DNA of 37,776 nt, from the NCBI GenBank assembly GCA_001655205.1, contig LPNZ01010094.1, positions 1 to 37,776 of the forward strand. Direction: 5' to 3'. Both the position numbers and the translations under genes were made by a program. The notes below the pieces were generated by a model. That model did no database searches. It was not told where the DNA came from and saw only the letters and a list, made by a program, of their open reading frames with translations. This DNA comes from Lenisia limosa (lineage: Eukaryota > Protista > Breviatea). Position 1 is the stretch's first letter; every line of letters begins with the position of its first letter. Positions 1-13,300 of this stretch are shown here, in pieces.

Positions 1-799
1 TCACAAGGATGGCTGACCAAGGTAAGTTTAAGGTTTGGCGGAATGACCACACTGAAAAACAAAGGTTTGTGCCCAGGGGAAAATACGGATTTTTTGTTTA
101 TTATTGTATATCTGCCAGATTTAGACTTCTGCCAGCGTAAATTCTCCACCTCTCGTAGTGAACAACGCTGACAACGCAGACAGACATATTATAGATTAAA
201 TACAGATATATGTCTGCAATCAATACGAATGGCCTCGGTAAAAACTGCAATGTTAACACATATGATAACATGGTAGGCATTATCTCTGTTCAACTATTTG
301 AGGAGAGTAACAAGATGGTGCCAAATTTGATGTGAAGTGACCGTTTGTAGCATTTTGGTTCAACAGATATTCTGTTCCCCGAGGATAAGTCATTTGCATT
401 TGCTGGATTCCCTTACCCAAAATTAGCAGTGAAGGTTGGTGGTGGTGATATCGTGCATACTGCTTGTAAAGAATAATCGAAACAATATGATATAAAAATG
501 CAAATTAAATATCATTTCCGAAGCAGTTTCATGCACACTAACAATTGAAAGAATATATGAAATATTGTTTTACCGACCTTCTCCCAGGCGATGGCGGTGC
601 TAAGAGGCATGGGCGGTGTAACAGTCGATTATTCACGTCAGTGGGGTTACATACTGTCGATAGGCTTAGTATACAAATAACTTGTTCATATTTATTTGTA
701 TACTTGTTCCTAATATTAGAGGGATCCCAGAGATCTTTCATTCAAAAAATTATTGAACAGCAATCAATCTTTCCAGTTCAAGATCTTACACCAGTTTAG
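1..799 (+). CDS. 3' end of an uncharacterised multi-exon gene (partial)
   Basis: Phase-compatible GT-AG exons 367-434 (ILFPEDKSFAFAGFPYPKLAVK), 588-615 (AMAVLRGMG) and 720-799 (EGSQRSFIQKIIEQQSIFPVQDLTPV*). A donor ag|GTAAGT lies at 22. No family recognised. Confidence 0.4.
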
Positions 800-1269
800 G
801 GATAAGAAAGATTGAAAAGAGGAGGTTTGATGGAAAATATAACCACACTAAATAAATCTCAAAATTTGAAATTTTATGGATAGTTTTTAAAAAGTGAAAC
901 ACCTACTTAACTTCAGTTAAACTTGAACAAAATAAAAATCTTGGATTTTCTAGGGTTTAGCAGAACAGGCATATACTATATAGATATATTACTATATATT
1001 ATAATATACAATAGTAATAAAAATATTGAAGTTCATATACACACTTAACTATATAAAGGTCTTCTGGTAATAACCCAATCACAAGCAATTGCCCACAAAA
1101 CCATACTATCCCAACGAGTTGTGACGTCTATCATTCGGTGAGATGACTAATTAATGATTAGTTATTATTGGGATATGGAAGGATAGTAGAATATGTTATA
1201 ACATAGAATTTACCTTGCATTACTTTAAATACAGTTCTGAATAAAGGTCAAAAATTCCAAATTACCTCC

Positions 1270-4200
1270 CTATGCCCAATTCTTGGTTTGATGCAATGGC
1301 AATAACAATTTAGCGTGGTCCAAAAAGATGCTCACAACATGTGAAACATCCCAGCAAGCACAAAGTACACTGCTATCAGACTTCACAGTAAGCTGATGAA
1401 ATTCAATTTGATAGATCTTACTTATTTGGGATTTTTTCAGCTTAACTTTTCCTTCATATTTATCATTCTACAGACCCTGTGGTAGAGTTATGAAGAGTAA
1501 TTGCAAGCTTAATCACGAAACACAATTCACATGTGGAGTTTGCTTGGTTTATAAACTAATTTAATGACATGTATATACGTACACTTTACCCATTTGCTTA
1601 TTGCCTGATGATAAATATATGATCAAAACAGAGTCGAACCTGAGTAGAACGTGGGGGTCCGACCGCATGACGTTATCAACAATTTAGCTCCTGTCGCCTG
1701 TCTGAACGTAGTCGCTATTCAGGTTGTCTCTCGATCCCAACGTCAAGGTATGCACTTGTCTAAAGATGGGTTAGTTTCCTTTTACTAGCGTCTGTGGTTA
1801 TCAGAATTGATAGTACATATCATATTTGTATTTTGTGCGTAACAATTTTCTCTTGGGGCTCTCAAATTTGACCGAATTTTTCGATTAATTTTTGATATCC
1901 TATATTTCCCGCTACGTCACTTTGTGAAGTAGTTTGACAATTATAGGGCTTTCTCAAGAAAAGATGAAATAGTCCATTCAGTCGAGTTTGAATATGATGT
2001 GAGTGTTTTTTTGAAATATGATATATCATATCATTTTAAAAAAATACTATTGATATCATGTACTAGCTGCAGTCTGGAGCAAAAAGCTGATCCGCGTAGC
2101 GTAGTACTCCCATAGCCCCCAACTGGTCAATCAATAACCAAGGAATGATGAAGATTTCAAGCTCATTTGGGTTCAAAGGATCTAAAACTATCTAATATAT
2201 CAAGTATTATATCTTATGTGTTTTGCTGTACAAAGTAAGGGCGCTTCATCAACAACCAATCAAACTTCTCTGCATCCAAGAAACAAATCTAGAATTTAGA
2301 TAATAAAAGACGACTTTTGTGGCTCATACAATGGCGACTTCCACCTTGTAGTCTCCGGTATTGAAATAGAAATGCGTATTTCGAGTACGTGTCCCTAAAA
2401 CAATTTTTTAAAACCAATCACAAGTTGATTTTTAAAAATAATTCAATTTTACAAAAAGCCTACCCGAACTGCCTGGAGTGTACAGAAACAAAGGCAGAGT
2501 AGAATTCTGATTTCTTGACCTTGATGGGGTACCTAAATGGCTGGAATGGTGTCAATATGCACTTTATCAACGCATGGTTCATAACATCACATTCTCGAAA
2601 AACTATTCACAATTCCAAAAGTGGTCTATTGAACTAAACCACTAATCAAGGAAATTTACGCAATTATAAGGTTATTTTCAATGATATTGGTCTGATCTAA
2701 ATTGCAACTTTCAAACCTTTTCGAAGTTCACTCTGAGATTTTCAGGAAGGGGAAGCTCGTGTTTGGCCTGTATACAGATTATGATTAAGGCATCTTTAGT
2801 ATGGCACAAAACAACATACTATGAAGGCGAAAAAACCAACGTAGTGCTTCCGACAAACCTTGTAAACTTGATCAATGGTGGACAGTGAAGGACAAATCCT
2901 TGATGGAATGGGGATCCTGACATTACAGAATAGTTAAACATTATTCTGCTGGATCGTAGAGAAGAGTGGTGAATTGGGGCCATAAATAAACTCAACCTGA
3001 TGAATGAAGGTTATGACAGTAATAAAATTGCATGGTGTATCAGATGATTTCATGTGATTATAATATATCCAAATGTCATACTGATTTTCCACATGGTGGT
3101 GGGTTGACAAGATAAGCCCTTCTGTCTGGCAAATATCTCATCGGAGAATGGCTCAACTTGTGGATAATCAATCATCTACATACGTTTAAATAGAGGGTTC
3201 GTCTGGTGATAATATTAGTTATTTGTATCAGATTGGTCTGCGTTGTGATGGCAATTCCTGAGAACATCGGCTATCCAATAGTATACCAATGGTCATCTTC
3301 ATATATAAAGTATATGACGCTATTTTTGCAGGAAGGGAAGGTCAGATGACAACTTCAATGTATTAAGGCTCTTTGAAGAAAAAAATGAAACAGATTTCCG
3401 ATTATTTTGCTCTTAATTTTTGGGGAATTTGAACATTGTTTTTTCCTATAAAATATTATGTATGTCAAAGGGGAAATTCAAAGTGCTGTGTATGTAATAT
3501 ATATACTATATGCAATACTATAAGAGGGAACGATGCCCCAATGAAGGTCAATTTATCTAATTTATTAAAAACATTCGAATTTCTGAGGTTTTCCCTCACG
3601 TCCTTGGCTCCATATGTCCAAAAGATTACCCTATTGCCATTCAGTGACAAACACTGTTCATGAAAAAAATTGTTTTCATAAAATAACGGTTAAAAATGCA
3701 TGTCATCCGCCACCTTTTTGTTTAGGTGTTTTGTGGCTCGTGCATGTATGATGCAAGATGTTCATACATGTATATATATACAATAAAAGAATTACTCCCA
3801 CCCAAGTCCCACTNNNNNNNNNNNNNNNNNNNNNNNNNNCTCCAGCTCTGGATCAATCAGCTATTTTTTTTTTGTGTTTTTTTGAGGTTTGTTATCAAAA
3901 AGTTGAGCGTTCCTTCGGTAGAGTTGTAAAATAAATAGTACAATACATATACAGAACACTGTCAAGCTCCTCCTCGTTCAAGCTAATCGGAAAATATAGC
4001 CTCGCAAATGGAATAAAGTGTATCACTAGTTGGTTAGAACCAAAACAAACCCTCCAGGGATATAAACGTCATTTCACTTTCCAATATAATCAGATATGCT
4101 TTGTAAAGATGAGAAAGGAAAAATAGAGTCGCGATATCCTTATTGCTTGATGAAAAACAAAGCGAAGGGAAAAAAGATCAAAGTCACATCACCAACATAC

Positions 4201-5180
4201 TCTGTTGTGCGCAGCAACTGTCCATTCAGGAGTTTGACATAATCACCATTTACCCCGCTAATGCTAAAACGTGAATTTCCCAAGGTGATTGTTATTTCAT
4301 CAATTATTACGATGATAATTTGTGATAAATATTACAGGCGTACGGAGGGTTCACCATGGTGTCATACACATCGCCTGATAGCTCCTGAAACTCATCCTAA
4401 CCAGTGAAAAGTTGAAAATAGCAAACCAACAAAAACATTGCCTGTCAATCACTTTAATATAACGATTATTTATGGCTTACCAAGCCTGAGAAGTACATAA
4501 CACCGACATATCCGTTTAATGAGGGCAACGGACTGCGCGGTACATATAATCCTGCCTAATAGGTCACATTGGTTGAAGGTAAATTTTGTTTTTTTTTCAA
4601 AAAAACAAAACAGTAACAACATACATATCCGTTACATTGGGAAGAACTTTCTGCAAAGCCACCTGCACTTGCTCCAAGGTAGAAGCATGAATTCCCATTG
4701 CTAAAGAGTAAAGAGAAGTAAAACATCTAGGTATAACCAAATAGACCAAGACAAATAAGTAGAATAAGTGAATCACAACAAAAACAACAACAACACGAAA
4801 TAACTGATAAACTGCTCTAATGGAACCCACAGTGTTCCACTACGGACGCTACAGTCGCTTGTAAATCTAGTCCAAGCCAAGTCCCGTGAGTCACTAATCG
4901 CCGTGTTGAGAGAGGTAACAAGGCTCTCAAGTTTGGCCTTCACGTCCAACAGCTCGCTGTACTCGGATTCCAACTCGCCTATTCCTGCTTGCATTTCGAT
5001 CAAAGTGTTGTTCATCAAACTGACATCCTCATTGCACTTGTCTAGCTCCAAGCTGAACGCAGCGAACTGAACTGTGAACCAATTCCCCGATACATCAAGA
5101 TTATCCGACCATGAAGTTTTATTACTTACAGCATAGGTAACATTATATTGGCTTCACTTTTGTTCCATAAACAACAACAA
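1270..5180 (-). CDS. Uncharacterised multi-exon protein with an N-proximal coiled coil (could be two genes; 5' end unresolved, may extend to about 6300-6550)
   Basis: Spliceable exon peptides include LELDKCNEDVSLMNNTLIEMQAGIGELESEYSELLDVKAKLESLVTSLN (heptad-like, about 4860-5052), AGLYVPRSPLPSLNGYVGVMYFSGL, DEFQELSGDVYDTMVNP, GVNGDYVKLLNGQLLRTTEYV, VIHFIPFARLYFPISLNEEELDSV, and AKHELPLPENLRVNFEK|PFRYPIKVKKSEFYSAFVSVHSRQF|GTRTRNTHFYFNTGDYKVEVAI. The putative last exon is 1392-1270 (LTVKSDSSVLCACWDVSHVVSIFLDHAKLLLPLHQTKNWA*). Not all junctions were resolved. Confidence 0.5.
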
Positions 5181-5328
5181 ATTATATTTTCACGTGGAAT
5201 CAACACGTACCAAAAGCCTTTCTCTCAACATACTTTGTTTAAAGCGGCTTTAAAGTTACATGTCACTGCGATCACACTGCTAGGATTCTACGTCGATGAA
5301 TCAACCAAAGTATTACCTCATACCCAGG

Positions 5329-5419
5329 GCTTCACTTCGGTTCGAAAAATACCGGCAAAATATCGATAGTTTTCGAGGATTTATCGAGAAATCAGTCTTG
5401 TTTCGAACCGAAGTGAAGC
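5329..5419. mobile_element. 91-bp miniature inverted-repeat element (MITE-like or foldback)
   Basis: Perfect 19-bp inverted repeat GCTTCACTTCGGTTCGAAA (5329-5347) / TTTCGAACCGAAGTGAAGC (5401-5419). A degenerate third arm CTTCACTTCGG lies at 5490-5500. No clear TSD. Confidence 0.55.
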
Positions 5420-6742
5420 TACTCATACCATTATATAACAATGAACAGTATTGATTATTAACTAGTATATAAAGGAGGCAGTTTTAGAACTTCACTTCGG
5501 CTTCAAAAAAGACACAATATTCGTAATAAGCATCAATGAATTATCATTTTGGAAGGGAAATTGGAGCTTTGACCATAGTAGACCTTTGATGATTGAAGCA
5601 AAAAATAATAATAATNNNNNNNNNNNNNNNNNCTCATCCTCTAAATCCATGAGATTGCAGTGGCATAAAGTGTTTTTGGGAATCAAAGAGGTCCAAATAG
5701 AACACATTTGAATTATGGGGTTCTGAGATGGGTACATAATATCATACATATTTGAAAATAGGGAGTTACGTCAGACCAGCAAAATCGATTTTTATCATAT
5801 TTATTCAGAAACCCAACCGCCTCACATTTGCTATATAAGTGACAGTAGCAGCGTCTGTCTCCTTGGTGGGCTCATTAACACTAACTGTGCCAACACTATT
5901 ACGTTAGTCTCGTGACACATTCATGACTGGTCATTGAAAAGTTGTAAAATGAGAATAATGATGAGTACTACTGTATAGCAATGACAAAAATACAATCAAA
6001 AGCGCCCCTCCAACTATTGGCTCATTGTTGGCAGTGACCAAAAGGTCAAGAACTAAGATGTCAGAACACAATTGGAGTGTGTGTGTACGGGGGGGGGGGG
6101 TACTGACTAAGCTTATTAGGTATATAATGCTTTTCATCTCTAACCCCTTTCCATGGAACAATTTGGACAGGAAGAGGCAAAGATCCTCCCCCTTACTTCA
6201 CATCCAGTTTCCCTCCCCATCATACCAGAAAACATATTGCTGGAACGGACATTAGTTGTAACTTCTCTGGGAGCTTCTTCCACCACTTCTCACCAGGGAG
6301 GCGTGATGAGTCCTGCTTGGTTAGTTTTTGTTTGTAATACCAGGATGATATGGGATTTTGGAGTATAACGAGGGCGGGAATATGGTATGATTGGACAGCG
6401 CACAGGTTCGCCAAGATTATTATTATTTCGTCTCGTTGTCTCGTTCTTTTTTTTCTATAATCCATAATCTGTTCTCGTCCAGCCAGGAAGCATGGGGTAG
6501 TATAAGGAAGACCTATATACACCCCATGGCCAGGAGGTTGCAGCAAAAAAAGCCGGGGGCAGTATGGTTTGGATTTGGTCCCCCAGAAAAAAAATGCATT
6601 AAAAAGCAAAAAACAATTTCCCGATCCGCCGCCGGGTCCTCTCTGTTTCCAGATATTTATTAGAAGATGAAATCGGTAGACCCGCCGGCGAACAGGGAAA
6701 AATAGACAACAACTGGGATGAAGTGGATTACGAAGAGAAATA

Positions 6743-9488
6743 ATGAGGAGGATATTTAATTTGTTTGTAGTTGTCGCTTTGGTGGCTCAGTTGACTGGTA
6801 CGGGATTCCAAACAAGTGTTGTAGCTGCTTTCTATTCTTCTATCCCCTCTTTGCTTGCTTCCCATTATTCGAATATTATATTCTGATAATAAATAAAATA
6901 TTGTGACATGATAAAGATGGTTTGTCTCCTTCTCACATTTTTTCCGACATTCCTATGTCATGTCATCTTAGATTCATTCTGCTTTCAAAACCAGCTTGAT
7001 TTCACTATGGCAATACCCCTCATTTGCACTAATTTACCGTGTGTTCTAAAAGCGTCGAAATAACTCAATGAGAAGCCCTTCTTCGTCTTGCCTTTTTTAT
7101 TTGTCATCTGCTGAAAGCTGTTCAGTATCGGTTCTAATTTCTCTAGCGGCCACGTTTGACCCGATGTTCATCGTGGCCGTTACAACTCCAATGAGCCGCA
7201 ACCAAGCCATCAACTATGCTGCAGTTCCTGAGATGGTGAGGTTTGGTAATGTGTTTTTTTGGGAGTATAGCTTCAAGTCGCACGTCAGACGGCCAAAATA
7301 CTGAAAGTAAATTCAGAGGAAAAAAAACACACAATAATGGGTGTTTTTTTTTAAGTTGGCGTGATTATGATTATCCGCCACCTTATCCGCCTCAGAATTG
7401 GTCCCCATCTCATCGTGTCATGTCAGAATCTAAATTCACTGTTTCACCACTACAGGCTCAGCGACTCACCCGAGACGGTGCTGATGGCGTGTTTGTGGGC
7501 GGAACCACGGGTGAAAGTCTGTCTCTCACTATTGCTGAGAGAAAGAAACTCCTTGGTTGGTGGAGACTGTAAGTGATTGCCAACATAATCCTGAGATAAT
7601 TATCGAGGTACACAGAAAGCTGAGTACCAGAGTTGCAAGGCAAATGATTGGGTGAATTAATATTACGACTGCCAAGTCAACAGCATGGTTCCCAAAGTAT
7701 TCGATTTTTCAAAAAATGACTCAAAAATCGAGACGATGTTCTTTTCCCACATGGTAAATATAAAACCTTATCACATCCCTTTCAGAGGCCTGGATTGCGA
7801 CTGGAGAGAAGCTCGAGATTTACGCCCATGTTTCCGCCGACACGTTGGCAGACTCATTAGATCTGGCTAATCACGCGCGGGTTGTTGGCGCTGACGCCAT
7901 TGTGGCCATGCCCCCTTCATTCTTCAAACCGGGAACCGCCAAACGTGTTTTGGAAGTTCTGGTTGGCTTCAGCACTGCAAATTTCCCAGTATAAATTAAT
8001 ACAATATATTTTTTGGTTTTTTAAAAAAGTAGCAAGATACTTTTATTTTGGGTTAAGTAAGGCCTTGGCTATGTATGCCAGTGCGTTCACTTTGCCTACC
8101 ATTTAAATCAATTAATTTTACAGAAACCTGTTGCCGCCGTGGCCTCCGAACTTCCCTTCCTCTATTACCACATTCCATCCATGACTGGTGTCAACATCAA
8201 GGTTTACGACCTGCTTAAGACCAATGACGAGACAAACCTTGTAAGCTGGGACTTCTCTTAAATGAACATATTGGTGGGAATGTTTTTTAGTCTATTAAAG
8301 CTCTAGATCCCCTCTCTGAAGGGCTTCAAAATGACTGAGATTGACGTTCATGATTTCGGCCTTGCTGCTCATGTGGGATAGCTGGAAGGGTGTTAGTTTT
8401 AGAGCTCTTTATGGTAATATGATAGTCTTTGTCGAGGTTTTATTAGAGATAATTTTTGGTAAATAAGTAATACATATTATATGTATCATTACTCTATGGA
8501 TTCGCTGGTTCAGCATACTTTTGCATCACCACTATCATCACCTTTTCAGCACAACAACTCAAAGTACTTCTCATACTTCGGCAAGGATGAGGGATTCCTT
8601 CAGGGTCTGGTTTCGGGCGGAAAGGTGATTGGGGTTTCAGATTGGTTCACAAAAAGACAGTTACATTTTTGGTTAGCAATAGATATGATATAATGTATAT
8701 AATTATACATATCATATCATATATATATATACTATGCATATCTATATATCATATATATATACTATATTAGATATGATATTTCTAAAAATTTTAAAACCAA
8801 TTTAGAACTCTCTTGGTGTGTTTCGGTTTTGGTCAGCTACAGCCTTTTGATATTTCTCATTTTTACTTTTCATTGAGTTTATGGATTCATTTTCACATTT
8901 TAGGGTGTTGTTGGATCAACCTATAACTTCGGTATCCCCCATTACAAGACTGTGAGCGCCTTCTTGGCATTTGTGTAATGAACTCTGGATATTCTGTTCC
9001 GCTACGAAACAATCAACATTTGACCGTTCAAGGTGGTCAACCAGCTCAACAAGGGTGACCTGACTGGCGCCATGGACACAATGGCCAATATTCAAAAAAT
9101 GTGCCACATTGTTGTCCAGTGAGTGGGATAAGTTCTCTTGTAGAATTGAAGATACACCAATAAGAGTACTGCACATCAAAGTTCCTGTTAATCCTCTTTC
9201 AGCTACAGCCCAACTCCATCGGTGAAGCACATCACCTCTTTTGTTGGCCCGGACCAAGGACCCACTCGATGGCCCCTTGAGGTGGGGGNNNNNNNNNNNN
9301 NNNNNNNNNNNNNNNNNNNNNNNNNNNNNNNNNNNNNNNNNNNCTTTTCAGCCTTATTCTGTATTATACCACATTACTTTTCGCTACAATAAATTCCTTT
9401 GGTTTTCAATTGACTTTCTCAGGACATGAGAGACGAGGATGTGAAAGAAATGAAGGTGGAATTGGCAAAGATCGGCTGGAAGTTTTAA
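6743..9488 (+). CDS. NPL: N-acetylneuraminate lyase (DHDPS/NAL class I aldolase family) with N-terminal signal peptide; 11 exons, 318 aa
   Basis: Exons 6743-6797, 7147-7235, 7456-7555, 7786-7961, 8124-8240, 8307-8372, 8550-8624, 8904-8951, 9033-9118, 9203-9281 and 9423-9488 sum to 957 nt with one open frame. Motifs: VAVTTP, VFVGGTTGESLSL, ADAIVAMPPSFFKP, PFLYYHIPSMTGV (catalytic Tyr), GFKMT (Schiff-base Lys), FGKDE and GVVGSTYNF. The last two are NAL-type (GxDE and GSTYN) rather than DHDPS-type. Confidence 0.9.
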
Positions 9489-9942
9489 GTATTAGTCGGA
9501 CGATGATTGGGATGTTAATGGGGGCAAGTTTGTTTAAGACATTTTTTCCTCCTATCTGAACGGTGGGGTAGTTAACCCATTTCTGGATATTCTTGCCCAA
9601 TTGGATTTGCTGATTTGGTTTGGTTTTCAGGACAAAGGGAAGGAATATCTTCTTTCTTTAAATGAAAAGGATCAAAGGATCAAAGTACAACATATCTCAT
9701 CAATATCTTCTTGATATCTTCTACATAACTCCCTTAATCACTTGTAAATCACCACTCCACAATGCCAAAATGACATTGAAATGACTAATCCACCTTTCCT
9801 ACCAATCAACTTCACTGGCCACCCCCAACTTGCCAACAACGCACCACCACCATAATACCATAATCCAAAACCAATTATATTAACCACCCAACACCATTAA
9901 CAATCCAACATGATCCCATGATCAGAAGGCAACAGGGAAGAC

Positions 9943-10262
9943 GGGAAAACGGCGCCAGGGGGCCACAGATCTGGGGATTTTTCCAATATATTTTTTTGGG
10001 AGATCTAGATATTTGTTTGTAGATCTGTCAGAGATCTGCAGAGATCTGTCGCAGATTTGTCAAGATCTGGCTCGTGTATCTGATATTCAAAAATGTCAAA
10101 AATATTGTCTTCAAAAACAACATTCTTGACGCTTTGGAGAGTGAAAAAATAATCATATTTTTAGACTGCCGGAGATCTGTCGCAGAGCTGTCGGAGATCT
10201 GTCAGAGATCTGGGGATCTTCAAAATCCCCAGGTCTGTGGCCCCTTGAACGGCGCCATTTTC
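9943..10262. mobile_element. About 320-bp MITE with imperfect TIRs and internal AGATCT repeats
   Basis: GGGGCCACAGATCTGGGGATTTT (9959-9981) pairs with 10222-10244 at one mismatch. The outer GAAAACGGCGCC (9945-9956) pairs with 10251-10262 at one mismatch. There are nine AGATCT hexamers between 9967 and 10211, and no coding capacity. Confidence 0.7.
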
Positions 10263-10343
10263 ACCATTTTTCCGTGCATTATAGAGATAATTTGGATATA
10301 ATAGTAATTGTAGAAGGTAGATAGACAGGGAAGACCTTTCAAA

Positions 10344-13300
10344 ATGAAAACCTACGCAAAGAAGGGAGAGATCTCCTTCTTTCAGGATGTAAGCGTTGCT
10401 CTTTATGTTGGATTTGACTAACGGAACTCCAGCCCCACCATCTGTCGGTGTTGATCGTGACACTCCTTGGTTTTGCAGCTTACGCTCTCACTCACAACGA
10501 GGCTTCCTATGGCCCTAAATCCGACTCTTTTATGTAAGCTTCAACATTTTCAGTGGAACCAGTACCTTGTTTATTTAAACTGTGATCTTCATGTGGCTTA
10601 ACTTTTCGATCCTCAAAATAAATAGTTTCCTTCCCCTTACTTCCCCTGAATCCATTTTGTCTTGTACTTCCGTTTTATTGACCTGTTACATACAGTTTAC
10701 TTGAGTTAAAGAGGGTATCAATCCCGCCAGCTTTTGTTTAACCTAAAGTGGTATAAACAATTCTGGTCTGTTAACAATACTTACTTTAAAAACGGATGGA
10801 GATATTCAGAATAGCCTTTCATAATACAGCGGCATTGGAGCCACTGTGCTCATTGTCGTTGTGCTTGCCGTCGGTATTATGAAGCCCACCCTGTTCGTCC
10901 GTCCCCATTCCGCCTTCTGGAAGGCTACCCAGGGTCTGTTGAATAAACTTATTTAATCTCAGAGCATTAGCAAATAACCATAGTCGAATTTTCTTTAGTT
11001 TAGCTTTCATGATTCCTTCGTTTACCCGCCCCTCCCAGGAGTTACCTTCCTCTACATCTGTGTTTTGACCTACCTTTTCTTCCTCAAGGCTGACGACGCC
11101 CGCAATGCACTGGCCTGGTTCTGGGACGATATGGGCGAACCACTCCCAGGTATGCGGGATGCTATTTTTGGTCGAGATTGTCCTTTTTTTGGGGAATTGC
11201 GTCTTTTTTGACCGTAAGGCAATAGAATTCTAGCTTTTCCCTCCCATTTTGTTGTGATAATATCCCCCACCCCCTTCCTTCAAGCTTTCTTGGATATATC
11301 CTAGGCTATCCTAACCCTTACTCTTAGACCACGATTACGCTACCAACTGCGCGATCTATCAAGAGGACCACCCCTATTGGTCCCCTATTGTTGTATGCTG
11401 GCTGTTATCATCTTTTTTCATGAGTCGATTACAATTTGTTCGATAATTTTGTTCAGCAGTAAGGAAGTGGAAGATAAGTGCAACTATAGGGGTGTGTTGT
11501 TTGTTTGTATAACGACAACATCCCCATAATGAAATAGTGCCAAATTGTTTTCCTTCAATTTTCCTCTTAAGCTCACTCCTAAGGACGTTATTATTGACCC
11601 ATTCTTCTTTGCCCATCTTTTCGGCTGGTTTGCCAAGGCCCTCATGATACGTGACCCCATGATTCTGTTCACTGTCTCGTAGGGGGGGGGGGGGNNNNNN
11701 NNNNNNNNNNNNNNNNNNNNNNNNNNNNNNNNNNNNNNNNNNNNNNNNNNNNNNNNNNNNNNNNNNTCCAAACAACTACTTCATAATTGTAATATGATGA
11801 GGAATGTTTACCTAGGCTTTTGCTTCAACCCGTTTATCTGGGCCCGTATTGTCAATGTACCCATACACAGCTGACCGTTTAGTGTCTCTTGGGAGATTCT
11901 CGAACTGATTCTCAACAACCTCCTTATCAACTTCAGAGAGTGCTGGTAAGTGGCTCAATAACTGTTTTCTTATTAGCTTTTTGCTTCTTCATTCGCTCTA
12001 CCCGTTCTTCCCCTCTTTCTCTTCTATTTGTTTATCTTCCTGATTCAACCTTATGTTCTGTTTGATTCTCTCTCCCTTTCTCTCCCTTTCTCTCCCTTTC
12101 TCTCTCTTTCTCTCTTTCTCTCTTTCTCTCTCTCTTTTTGTTATTTTATACGCACATGTACGTATATCCCCCCATATTCTTCCAATTTTACATTCCCAAC
12201 AGGTGGGACCACATCATCATCGATGTTTTGCTCTGCAACACCGGAGGAATCCTTGCTGGTGTTTGTGGGACTTGTGTGTTCTTTGTACTATTTTGTGCCA
12301 ATAAAGTCTTCTCGCTTTCTTTTCAAATTATGTTTTCAATTTTTGTGATCTTTTAGATCTGGGTGAACCGTTATCTTGAAATGAAGTCTTACAACTTCGT
12401 GGCCTTCAAAGACACAAAGGTGTGTGGTAGCTTTGAATGGTTACTTCATTTTGCTGCTATGATATAGACGACATAGTATTGAGATTTATCAAGTAGTTGC
12501 CAAGATTTAAATTGCATATTAGTATTGTCATCAATGTGAACTGCGTTACTTGGTGTCTGTTAGATAAAACCAGTGAATTGAGATCATGCTTGTGGACTAA
12601 CATTCTCAGGGTAAGACCCAGAAGGTGAAAAGAGCCCTTCAGCAGTTCTCCCCAGAAACATATGACCATTCGGCTTGGGGCTTCCTCGAGTCTCCCATGC
12701 GTTATTGGTGGGACGGGAGCACTATTCAGTGTATAATAGTCAATGTCACAGGTGTCTATACAATCAATTAGAGATCGCAATGTTTTTGTACTAACGATTT
12801 AGCCAAGTTATCTTCCTTCTGTTCTTCGCACATATGATTGATATGAACGCTTTCTTCCTTAAGGTGGGACCACTACTTGTGTTTTTTATTTCAACTTGTC
12901 CAAAGGAACGATCATACTTGACAACTCCCTATTCACGCTTCAGTTCATTCTATGGATCCCCATCCCGAACCCCATGAACACTGCGCGTCTGTTCCTTTGG
13001 GGCGCTATTGCTGCTCCTGCCATCAGAGAGTACCACCTCTACATTAATGACCCCTCGTAAGCCGCTGGCGTTATATTGAGCAAGCTGACTTTTGCGTGAA
13101 GCTGTGCGATTTTCTATCACGTCACGGTCCTTTAAGCGTGATGGTGTGGACGGCTTCNNNNNNNNNNNNNNNNNNNNNNNNNNNNNNNNNNNNNNNNNNN
13201 NNNNNNNNNNNNNNNNNNNNNNAGCGTATTCGACCCCTCCCCCCCTTTTTTTCATCTCTACACATAACTACAAGGGTGATTTTAGGATCTTTGGCTGCTT

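Noticed and set aside
1640-1750. Protein-like minus-strand frame interrupted by TAA, suggesting stop-codon reassignment
   Set aside because: TAA, TAG and TGA all serve as terminators of well-supported or plausible genes here (for example NPL and PSS end in TAA). A single instance is not evidence.
3465-4030. Resemblance of the unknown - gene to Popeye/cNMP-binding domains
   Set aside because: Only short scattered similarities (WTYGAKD, LIDPELE) that do not stay collinear with the rest of the exon chain.
8690-8780. AT-rich TATATC/ATATAT repeats (also 22670-22740 and 23850-23920)
   Set aside because: Ordinary intronic low-complexity sequence.
8916-9257. 113-aa minus-strand ORF
   Set aside because: Antisense shadow of NPL exons 8-10.
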